The notes beneath the pieces are model-generated. The model searched no databases. It was given only the letters and a program-made list of their open reading frames with translations, and was not told the origin of the DNA. Of a DNA stretch of 64,000 nt, positions 23,701 to 35,400 are shown one piece after another (positions within the stretch are counted from its first letter, which is position 1; every line of letters starts with the position of its first letter). The DNA comes from Balanoglossus misakiensis (taxonomy: Eukaryota > Animalia > Hemichordata), in assembly GCA_040954595.2 (NCBI GenBank), contig CM082577.2, forward strand, positions 1,426,001 through 1,490,000. Reading direction: 5' to 3'. A program made the position numbers and the translations under genes.

Positions 23701-26058
23701 GAAGGCACGGCAGACAAATGATGTCTCGTTTAAACAGAGGTTCATACACTGGTCCTCTAAGAGTCCGTTGTAAACTTTTCCAATTTCCTCCAAACTTGCC
23801 GTTATGGCGTTATACGTTGGTGAGAACAGCTGCCAATCTTTACCTGTGTAGTTGGAGGAGCAGTCATTTTGTTGTCATTGAAATAACCAGCTGGCATCAT
23901 GGTTTAATGAAAGTATCTACAAGGATCTGGAACGTTAAATTTACAATTTACACAATTGATTGACCCCCCCCCCCCCCCCAACAGAATGGTATAAACATCC
24001 ACTTACTGCAGTAAGCTTCATCATCCAAGCTTGGACAATCTGGAAAGCTGTTACAACGCGTTGAAAGTTCATTCAGGCACATACCACCCTCGCACATGAA
24101 CTCGCCGTATCCACAGACGTCCGGTTCTGAAAGCGAACAAAATGCTCGGTTCTTCAGATTTTATATTTATTGAACGTCGTGTATGTTGTAAATGTTGATG
24201 AAAATCTTTCACTACCATATATCCTTTTTTGTACACTTACTTGTAGGAGGTGTTGTTCCGTCGAAGACATGCTGAATAAAGTTGTCAGCATATTTCGAGA
24301 CGTCCGTGAAGATTCCCGGTGTCCCAGGGTTCAGACAAGCGTTGCCTCGACTCACAATGCCAGCAATGTACCAAGCACCAGAATCTTCGCATACCAGAGG
24401 CCCTCCACCATCCAACTATTTGATAGTGAAATGAGAAAAGTTGATATGAAATTGTCGTATATGTACATGGTTCTGCGTGAAAATGCTATCCTTAATCAAT
24501 AACCGACGCATAAGTCCATATGGATCGAGGTTTCAATATATTGACAAACACCAGCCTTCGGCAGATTTGCCGGCAATTACAACCGAAATATAGTAAAGAA
24601 TTGAAATATTTGGAGAACTACCTTTTCCCCCCGAGACGCATACTAGAGTCAAACTGAATGTTATGCAATTCACTCACCAGACATGTTCCACCGTTATCGT
24701 ACGAGGCACAAATCATATTGTCTGTCAATATTTCCCCGGTTTCAAGCAAAGGTTGACATTCTGCGTTGCTGATTATAGGTACACTGACTTCTCTGAGGAC
24801 CTCGCTGGGCAGATCTGAAAATAGACAGAGATGATAAAACTGATGCAAAGCCTGAGAATCTATGGAAACTTTACAATTGTTTTTTATCACTGTGGCGGAA
24901 TTTGTTTATATAGGCTGAAAAGTTTACAGTGTCTAAACGATAACCCAGAGGATAGCATTAAATTTTAAATAAAAGCTACCTTCTGATTGTGTACTTCCCC
25001 ATCCCGTTGTCCAACAATTTTGTCCGGTGAACACCTGGTTAGCCGCGGGAATGCAAACCGGTTCGATGTAGGAGGTAAGATTTACCGATTCAACAAACTC
25101 GACAAGGGCGATGTCGTTGTCGTATGTGTCCAAGTCAAAGTCGGGATGAATATAAACATTCTTGACGTCAACGATGACCAGAGAAGATTCATTGAGTGCC
25201 GTACGGTACGTGATACCGAGATTGACAGAATATGGAACCGGATCCAACCAGTTATTTCTGAAAAATTGGAGAACAACGAACGCAGATGTTGAGAATATTA
25301 CAATAGGAGGTATTGCTTTCTAGAAGACATTTGCTTTAGACATTAGTATTTTGAATGTGATACGGTGATTAAAGATAGTTAATAGGTTGTATCATGGTTT
25401 GTAATTTACTTTACAGACAATTTCAGACTGGACTAGAATAATGATTGCTCAAACTAAAAGAAACGTTCCCAACTAGACCACCCGGGTAGACCATTGTTGT
25501 ACTTACACACAATGTGCTGCTGTTAAGACCCACTGAGGATGGATTAAAGTTGCACTACATATGTGAGTTTCGATTCCAATTAAACTGTAGATTTTTAACA
25601 TTGCTTGCCACGGCCATTCTTCTACTGTGGTTGTGTTACCACCGATGATGTTTGTGCTGATTCCCTTGTCACCGCAACCTGTCGAGTTGAACAACATATT
25701 AGAATTTAACAGCTATGTCTATGCATCTAAAACCATACGTTGACGTATAGCCAGTAAACTGGTTCATGAGTGCAGAGTAAGATGGTTCGTCAATTACCGG
25801 TCCGTGCAATTGCGAAACTTGACTTTTATACAAATTGGGAAAATTCAAAACTCACCAGGATACGACTGTGCATCGCCGGTTTCTGTTGTAACGATTACTG
25901 CGATTAAAATACTGGGAATTACCGACTTCAAAATCACTGTAACAAGATATTGTGACGAAAGTAAATTTAGTATTACGTTTTAGTGTTGTATTTTCGTGAC
26001 AAAGACATACGACAAGAAATTGACCCAAAAACGACGCTAGTCACAAAAAATACTCACT
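20725..26058 (-). CDS. Gene A: type I membrane serine protease homolog (catalytic Ser replaced by Gly), signal-trypsin-like-LDLa-PAN-CUB-CUB-mucin-like repeat stalk-TM-tail
   Basis: Exons (minus): start codon split A|TG (26058 + exon ~25936-25856, signal MILKSVIPSILIAVIVTTETGDA); protease-like 25678-25507 (IIGG, LTAAHC), 25257-24980 (DNDIAL, TGWG), 24814-24678 (GTCL), 24415-24241 (LDGGGPL); LDLa 24126-24007; PAN 23843-23583; CUB 23314-22955; CUB 22613-22251; stalk+TM 22045-21143; tail 20864-20725 ending NNPGYVTELV*. Confidence 0.85.
21340..22030 (-). repeat. Coding minisatellite: alternating 33- and 42-nt units encoding DPG(M/I/L/R)ITLP(E/I/V)IT(EAT), a mucin-like stalk
   Basis: About 18 DPGxITLPxIT units in ORF 21120-22070, with a 75-nt higher-order unit repeated nearly perfectly between ~21590 and 21870. 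Confidence 0.9.
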
Positions 26059-26128
26059 TCTATCATGTGGCTGTCCTCTCCATCCAACTTAATCACCAAT
26101 AATGAACCAAGACTCCTTCATGTTCACT

Positions 26129-26150
26129 CTTATAAGATAACCTTATCTAT
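26129..26150 (-). promoter_or_regulatory. Putative gene A core promoter: TATA-like TATAA plus inverted GATA pair (AGATAA-CC-TTATCT)
   Basis: cttataagataaccttatct lies ~75 nt upstream of the exon-1 donor of gene A. Confidence 0.35.
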
Positions 26151-27070
26151 TTCTTCGAGTGGATGATCGAGTCTAACTATAACGACGAGCAGCGACGTTC
26201 CTTTGAACTTCACTTCACTTGTTTATGTATATTAAAAGTGTCATGGTTACAGGACAAAATATTTGCTGATATTTTCATGGGAATATCGAATATCGTGGGA
26301 ATGTTATTGAATCGACACTTTTTTCTTACGTAGTACAAGGGAACGGGTTTGTTGTCCGTGTGTCCTGTCGGCTCAGTTATTTTACAAAGCGTTTTCCACA
26401 CAACACTTAAGACAATCTTAACCGAGTAGTATCGATTTAGCTTCGCAAAAAGGCACAGAAGTTAAATCATGGCCGGTTATACCAGGTAGGATTAGGAAGC
26501 GGCTCATCCTTGCTTATTTGAAATTAACGTATGTTTTTTCCAACCCATGTCCAAGGTCTATCTCAAGCGAATCAGAGAAATCGCTTCGCAGGCGGATTCT
26601 GAACAACGGAGTAGGCCTATGTATAGTATTCTTCATGCATGGGATAATGAGGTCTGGGCCGAGTGTCAGTGATTTCCAGTAAAACAAAGTCGTTTACAAG
26701 AGCATGTGTACTTAGATTTATTCACAGTCTCTCTACAGCGACCTTCATTTAATCAATTTCACTCGTTCATATTAACTGTCAACATATCGGTGCATTTCAG
26801 CTGCATCCCAAATGCACCCACTTTGGACTTAAAATTCTAAAATGTGACCTTTCCCCCAGGAAACGTTCATACAGTATGATCCTCTCTCTCCGATAATTTT
26901 GTAAAACGTGACATTCCCCGATTTCTCCGACCCTCCCCCTCGTTATAAAGCTCTCTTGTAGCCATCTGACCATTTCGGTACAGATCATAATCTAATCAAA
27001 GAACTTTGGGCGAACTGCGACACAACCACTCGCGTTGATAAGTGTACACATCGGACATGATTGCGCATGA

Positions 27071-27128
27071 CAGTGACTGACCAGTATAAGCAGTGGATAT
27101 ATCCACTGCTGCTACTGGTCAGTCACTG
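27071..27128. repeat. 58-bp near-perfect palindrome just left of the satellite
   Basis: cagtgactgaccagta-ta-agcagtggata|tatccactgct-gc-tactggtcagtcactg. Confidence 0.9.
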
Positions 27129-27193
27129 ATTTTAGACTTCAAGATATAAAAACTCAGAAATTGGACGCTCACTTGTCATCTGTACCACGGTTG

Positions 27194-30100
27194 TCGACGA
27201 TTTTTCGACTTTGCGAATTTTCAAAATTTCTTCATTTATTGAAAAAATCATGGGTTATAGCTCATGAAAATCATCCAAAAATGACAATTTTTCGACTTTG
27301 CGAATTTTCGAAATATCTTCATTTTCTGAAAAAATCATGGGTTATAGCTCATGAAAATCATCCAAAAATGACAATTTTTCGACTTTGCGAATTTTCGAAA
27401 TTTCTTCATTTTTTGAAAAAATCATGGGTTATAGCTCATGAAAATCATCCAAAAATGACAATTTTTCGACTTTGCGAATTTTCGAAATTTCTTCATTTAT
27501 TGAAAAAATCATGGGTTATAGCTCATGAAAATCATCCAAAAATGACAATTTTTCGACTTTGCGAATTTTCGAAATATCTTCATTTTCTGAAAAAATCATG
27601 GGTTATAGCTCATGAAAATCATCCAAAAATGACAATTTTTCGACTTTGCGAATTTTCGAAATTTCTTCATTTTTTGAAAAAATCATGGGTTATAGCTCAT
27701 GAAAATCATCCAAAAATGACAATTTTTCGACTTTGCGAATTTTCGAAATTTCTTCATTTTTTGAAAAAATCATGGGTTATAGCTCATGAAAATCATCCAA
27801 AAATGACAATTTTTTTCGACTTTGCGAATTTTCGAAATTTCTTCATTTTTTGAAAAAATCATGGGTTATAGCTCATGAAAATCATCCAAAAATGACAATT
27901 TTTCGACTTTGCGAATTTTCGAAATTTCTTCATTTTTTGAAAAAATCATGGGTTATAGCTCATGAAAATCATCCAAAAATGACAATTTTTCGACTTTGCG
28001 AATTTTCGAAATTTCTTCATTTTTTGAAAAAATCATGGGTTATAGCTCATGAAAATCATCCAAAAATGACAATTTTTCGACTTTGCAAATTTTCGAAATT
28101 TCTTCATTTTCTGAAAAAATCATGGGTTATAGCTCATGAAAATCATCCAAAAATGACAATTTTTCGACTTTGCGAATTTTCGAAATTTCTTCATTTTCTG
28201 AAAAAATCATGGGTTATAGCTCATGAAAATCATCCAAAAATGACAATTTTTCGACTTTGCGAATTTTCGAAATTTCTTCATTTTTTGAAAAAATCATGGG
28301 TTATAGCTCATGAAAATCATCCAAAAATGACAATTTTTCGACTTTGCGAATTTTCGAAATTTCTTCATTTTCTGACAAAATCATGGGTTATAGCTCATGA
28401 AAATCATCCAAAAATGACAATTTTTCGACTTTGCGAATTTTCGAAATTTCTTCATTTTCTGACAAAATCATGGGTTATAGCTCATGAAAATCATCCAAAA
28501 ATGACAATTTTTCGACTTTGCGAATTTTCGAAATTTCTTCATTTTTTGAAAAAATCATGGGTTATAGCTCATGAAAATCATCCAAAAATGACAATTTTTC
28601 GACTTTGCGAATTTTCGAAATTTCTTCATTTTCTGAAAAAATCATGGGTTATAGCTCATGAAAATCATCCAAAAATGACAAATTTTTCGACTTTCCGAAA
28701 TTTCAAAATTTCTTCATTTTTTGACAAAATCATGGGTTATAGCTCATGAAAATCATCCAAAAATGACAATTTTTCGACTTTGCGAATTTTCGAAATTTCT
28801 TCATTTTCTGAAAAAATCATGGGTTATAGCTCATGAAAATCATCCAAAAATGACAAATTTTTCGACTTTCCGAAATTTCAAAATTTCTTCATTTTTTGAC
28901 AAAATCATGGGTTATAGCTCATGAAAATCATCCAAAAATGACAATTTTTCGACTTTGCGAATTTTCGAAATTTCTTCATTTTCTGAAAAAATCATGGGTT
29001 ATAGCTCATGAAAATCATCCAAAAATGACAAATTTTTCGACTTTGCGAATTTTCGAAATTTCTTCATTTTGTGAAAAAATCATGGGTTATAGCTCATGAA
29101 AATCATCCAAAAATGACAATTTTTCGACTTTGCGAATTTTCGAAATTTCTTCATTTTCTGAAAAAATCATGGGTTATAGCTCATGAAAATCATCCAAAAA
29201 TGACAATTTTTCGACTTTGCGAATTTTCGAAATTTCTTCATTTTCTGAAAAAATCATGGGTTATAGCTCATGCAAATCATCCAAAAATGACAATTTTTCG
29301 ACCTTGCGAATTTTCGAAATTTCTTCATTTTCTGAAAAAACTCATGGGTTATAGCTCATGAAAATCATCCAAAAATGACAATTTTTCGACTTTGCGAATT
29401 TTCGAAATTTCTTCATTTTCTGAAAAAAATCATGGGTTATAGCTCATGAAAATCATCCAAAAATGACAATTTTTCGACTTTGCGAATTTTCGAAATTTCT
29501 TCATTTTCTGAAAAAATCATGGGTTATAGCTCATGAAAATCATCCAAAAATGACAATTTTTCGACTTTGCGAATTTTCGAAATTTCTTCATTTTTTGAAA
29601 AAATCATGGGTTATAGCTCATGAAAATCATCCAAAAATGACAATTTTTCGACTTTGCGAATTTTCGAAATTTCTTCATTTTTTGAAAAAATCATGGGTTA
29701 TAGCTCATGAAAATCATCCAAAAATGACAATTTTTCGACTTTGCGAATTTTCGAAATTTCTTCATTTTCTGAAAAAATCATGGGTTATAGCTCATGAAAA
29801 TCATACAAAAATGACAATTTTTCGACTTTGCGAATTTTCGAAATTTCTTCATTTTTTGAAAAAATCATGGGTTATAGCTCATGAAAATCATCCAAAAATG
29901 ACAATTTTTTGACTTTGCGAATTTTCGAAATTTCTTCATTTTTTGAAAAAATCATGGGTTATAGCTCATGAAAATCATCCAAAAATGACAATTTTTCGAC
30001 TTTGCGAATTTTCGAAATTTCTTCATTTTCTGACAAAATCATGGGTTATAGCTCATGAAAATCATCCAAAAATGACAATTTTTCGACTGTGCGAATTTTC

Positions 30101-32482
30101 GAAATTTCTTCATTTTTTGAAAAAATCATGGGTTATAGCTCATGAAAATCATCCAAAAATGACAATTTTTCGACTTTGCGAATTTTCGAAATTTCTTCAT
30201 TTTTTGAAAAAATCATGGGTTATAGCTCATGAAAATCATCCAAAAATGACAATTTTTCGACTTTGCGAATTTTCGAAATTTCTTCATTTTCTGACAAAAT
30301 CATGGGTTATAGCTCATGAAAATCATCCAAAAATGACAATTTTTCGACTTTGCGAATTTTCGAAATTTCTTCATTTTCTGAAAAAATCATGGGTTATAGC
30401 TCATGAAAATCATCCAAAAATGACAATTTTTCGACTTTGCGAATTTTCGAAATTTCTTCATTTTCTGAAAAAAATCATGGGTTATAGCTCATGAAAATCA
30501 TCCAAAAATGACAATTTTTCGACTTTGCGAATTTTCGAAATTTCTTCATTTTCTGAAAAAAATCATGGGTTATAGCTCATGAAAATCATCCAAAAATGAC
30601 AATTTTTCGACTTTGCGAATTTTCGAAATTTCTTCATTTTCTGAAAAAATCATGGGTTATAGCTCATGAAAATCATCCAAAAATGACAATTTTTCGACTT
30701 TGCGAATTTTCGAAATTTCTTCATTTTTTGAAAAAATCATGGGTTATAGCTCATGAAAATCATCCAAAAATGACAATTTTTCGACTTTGCGAATTTTCGA
30801 AATTTCTTCATTTTTTGAAAAAATCATGGGTTATAGCTCATGAAAATCATCCAAAAATGACAATTTTTCGACTTTGCGAATTTTCGAAATTTCTTCATTT
30901 TCTGAAAAAATCATGGGTTATAGCTCATGAAAATCATACAAAAATGACAATTTTTCGACTTTGCGAATTTTCGAAATTTCTTCATTTTTTGAAAAAATCA
31001 TGGGTTATAGCTCATGAAAATCATCCAAAAATGACAATTTTTCGACTTTGCGAATTTTCGAAATTTCTTCATTTTCTGACAAAATCATGGGTTATAGCTC
31101 ATGAAAATCATCCAAAAATGACAATTTTTCGACTTTGCGAATTTTCGAAATTTCTTCATTTTTTGAAAAAATCATGGGTTATAGCTCATGAAAATCATCC
31201 AAAAATGACAATTTTTCGACTTTGCGAATTTTCGAAATTTCTTCATTTTTTGAAAAAATCATGGGTTATAGCTCATGAAAATCATCCAAAAATGACAATT
31301 TTTCGACTTTGCGAATTTTCGAAATTTCTTCATTTTCTGACAAAATCATGGGTTATAGCTCATGAAAATCATCCAAAAATGACAATTTTTCGACTTTGCG
31401 ATTTTTCGAAATTTCTTCATTTTTTGAAAAAATCATGGGTCATGAAAATCATCCAAAAATGACAATTTTTCGACTTTGCGAATTTTCGAAATTTCTTCAT
31501 TTTTTGAAAAAATCATGGGTTATAGCTCATGAAAATCATCCAAAAATGACAATTTTTCGACTTTGCGAATTTTCGAAATTTCTTCATTTTTTGAAAAAAT
31601 CATGGGTTATAGCTCATGAAAATCATCCAAAAATGACAATTTTTCGACTTTGCGAATTTTCGAAATTTCTTCATTTTTTGAAAAAATCATGGGTTATAGC
31701 TCATGAAAATCATCCAAAAATGACAATTTTTCGACTTTGCGAATTTTCGAAATTTCTTCATTTTTTGAAAAAATCATGGGTTATAGCTCATGAAAATCAT
31801 CCAAAAATGACAATTTTTCGACTTTGCGAATTTTCGAAATTTCTTCATTTTTTGAAAAAATCATGGGTTATAGCTCATGAAAATCATCCAAAAATGACAA
31901 TTTTTCGACTTTGCGAATTTTCGAAATTTCTTCATTTTCTGAAAAAATCATGGGTTATAGCTCATGAAAATCATCCAAAAATGACAATTTTTCGACTTTG
32001 CGAATTTTCGAAATTTCTTCATTTTCTGAAAAAATCATGGGTTATAGCTCATGAAAATCATCCAAAAATGACAATTTTTCGACTTTGCGAATTTTCGAAA
32101 TTTCTTCATTTTCTGAAAAAATCATGGGTTATAGTCATGAAAATCATCCAAAAATGACAATTTTTCGACTTTGCGAATTTTCGAAATTTCTTCATTTTCT
32201 GAAAAAATCATGGGTTATAGCTCATGAAAATCATCCAAAAATAACAATTTTTCGACTTTGCGAATTTTCGAAATTTCTTCATTTTCTGACAAAATCATGG
32301 GTTATAGCTCATGAAAATCATCCAAAAATGACAATTTTTCGACTTTGCGAATTTTCGAAATTTCTTCATTTTCTGAAAAAATCATGGGTTATAGCTCATG
32401 AAAATCATCCAAAAATGACAATTTTTCGACTTTGCGAATTTTCGAAATTTCTTCATTTTCTGAAAAAATCATGGGTTATAGC
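27194..32482 (+). repeat. 87-bp satellite DNA, forward arm (~61 units)
   Basis: Unit tttttcgactttgcgaattttcgaaatttcttcatttt(t/c)tgaaaaaatcatgggttatagctcatgaaaatcatccaaaaatgacaa, about 28% GC and highly homogeneous. Confidence 0.98.
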
Positions 32483-35400
32483 GAAAATTCGCAAAGTCGA
32501 AAAATTGTCATTTTTGGATGATTTTCATGAGCTATAACCCATGATTTTTTCAAAAAATGAAGAAATTTCGAAAATTCGCAAAGTCGAAAAATTGTCATTT
32601 TTGGATGATTTTCATGAGCTATAACCCATGATTTTTTTCAAAAAATGAAGAAATTTCGAAAATTCGCAAAGTCGAAAAATTGTCATTTTTGGATGATTTT
32701 CATGAGCTATAACCCATGATTTTTTCAAAAAATGAAGAAATTTCGAAAATTCGCAAAGTCGAAAAATTGTCATTTTTGGATGATTTTCATGAGCTATAAC
32801 CCATGATTTTTTCAAAAAATGAAGAAATTTCGAAAATTCGCAAAGTCGAAAAATTGTCATTTTTGGATGATTTTCATGAGCTATAACCCATGATTTTTTC
32901 AGAAAATGAAGAAATTTCGAAAATTCGCAAAGTCGAAAAATTGTCATTTTTGGATGATTTTCATGAGCTATAACCCATGATTTTTTCAAAAAATGAAGAA
33001 ATTTCGAAAATTCGCAAAGTCGAAAAATTGTCATTTTTGGATGATTTTCATGAGCTATAACCCATGATTTTTTCAAAAAATGAAGAAATTTCGAAAATTC
33101 GCAAAGTCGAAAAATTGTCATTTTTGGATGATTTTCATGAGCTATAACCCATGATTTTTTCAGAAAATGAAGAAATTTCGAAAATTCGCAAAGTCGAAAA
33201 ATTGTCATTTTTGGATGATTTTCATGAGCTATAACCCATGATTTTTTCAGAAAATGAAGAAATTTCGAAAATTCGCAAAGTCGAAAAATTGTCATTTTTG
33301 GATGATTTTCATGAGCTATAACCCATGATTTTTTCAGAAAATGAAGAAATTTCGAAAATTCGCAAAGTCGAAAAATTGTCATTTTTGGATGATTTTCATG
33401 AGCTATAACCCATGATTTTTTCAGAAAATGAAGAAATTTCGAAAATTCGCAAAGTCGAAAAATTGTCATTTTTGGATGATTTTCATGAGCTATAACCCAT
33501 GATTTTTTCAGAAAATGAAGAAATTTCGAAAATTCGCAAAGTCGAAAAATTGTCATTTTTGGATGATTTTCATGAGCTATAACCCATGATTTTTTCAGAA
33601 AATGAAGAAATTTCGAAAATTCGCAAAGTCGAAAAATTGTCATTTTTGGATGATTTTCATGAGCTATAACCCATGATTTTTTCAGAAAATGAAGAAATTT
33701 CGAAAATTCGCAAAGTCGAAAAATTGTCATTTTTGGATGATTTTCATGAGCTATAACCCATGATTTTTTCAAAAAATGAAGAAATTTCGAAAATTCGCAC
33801 AGTCGAAAAATTGTCATTTTTGGATGATTTTCATGAGCTATAACCCATGATTTTTTCAAAAAATGAAGAAATTTCGAAAATTCGCACAGTCGAAAAATTG
33901 TCATTTTTGGATGATTTTCATGAGCTATAACCCATGATTTTTTCAAAAAATGAAGAAATTTCGAAAATTCGCAAAGTCGAAAAATTGTCATTTTTGGATG
34001 ATTTTCATGAGCTATAACCCATGATTTTTTCAAAAAATGAAGAAATTTCGAAAATTCGCAAAGTCGAAAAATTGTCATTTTTGGATGATTTTCATGAGCT
34101 ATAACCCATGATTTTTTCAAAAATTGAAGAAATTTCGAAAATTCGCAAAGTCGAAAAATTGTCATTTTTGGATGATTTTCATGAGCTATAACCCATGATT
34201 TTTTCAAAAAATGAAGAAATTTCGAAAATTCGCAAAGTCGAAAAATTGTCATTTTTGGATGATTTTCATGAGCTATAACCCATGATTTTGTCAGAAAATG
34301 AAGAAATTTCGAAAATTCGCAAAGTCGAAAAATTGTCATTTTTGGATGATTTTCATGAGCTATAACCCATGATTTTTTTAAAAAATGAAGAAATTTCGAA
34401 AATTCGCAAAGTCGAAAAATTGTCATTTTTGGATGATTTTCATGAGCTATAACCCATGATTTTTTCAGAAAATGAAGAAATTTCGAAAATTCGCAAAGTC
34501 GAAAAATTGTCATTTTTGGATGATTTTCATGAGCTATAACCCATGATTTTTTCAAAAAATGAAGAAATTTCGAAAATTCGCAAAGTCGAAAAATTGTCAT
34601 TTTTGGATGATTTTCATGAGCTATAACCCATGATTTTTTCAGAAAATGAAGAAATTTCGAAAATTCGCAAAGTCGAAAAATTGTCATTTTTGGATGATTT
34701 TCATGAGCTATAACCCATGATTTTTTCAAAAAATGAAGAAATTTCGGAAATTCGCACAGTCGAAAAATTGTCATTTTTGGATGATTTTCATGAGCTATAA
34801 CCCATGATTTTTTCAAAAAATGAAGAAATTTCGAAAATTCGCACAGTCGAAAAATTGTCATTTTTGGATGATTTTCATGAGCTATAACCCATGATTTTGT
34901 CAGAAAATGAAGAAATTTCGAAAATTCGCAAAGTCGAAAAATTGTCATTTTTGGATGATTTTCATGAGCTATAACCCATGATTTTTTTTTAAAAAATGAA
35001 GAAATTTCGAAAATTCGCAAAGTCGAAAAATTTTCATTTTTGGATGATTTTCATGAGCTATAACCCATGATTTTGTCAGAAAATGAAGAAATTTCGAAAA
35101 TTCGCAAAGTCGAAAAATTGTCATTTTTGGATGATTTTCATGAGCTATAACCCATGATTTTGTCAGAAAATGAAGAAATTTCGAAAATTCGCAAAGTCGA
35201 AAAATTGTCATTTTTGGATGATTTTCATGAGCTATAACCCATGATTTTTTCAGAAAATGAAGAAATTTCGAAAATTCGCAAAGTCGAAAAATTGTCATTT
35301 TTGGATGATTTTCATGAGCTATAACCCATGATTTTTTCAAAAAATGAAGAAATTTCGAAAATTCGCAAAGTCGAAAAATTGTCATTTTTGGATGATTTTC

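Noticed and set aside
27213-27232. Heat-shock element-like GAAttTTC-GAAatTTC in each satellite unit
   Set aside because: The two nGAAnnTTCn pairs abut with 0-nt rather than 2-nt spacing, so no canonical three-pentamer HSE is formed.
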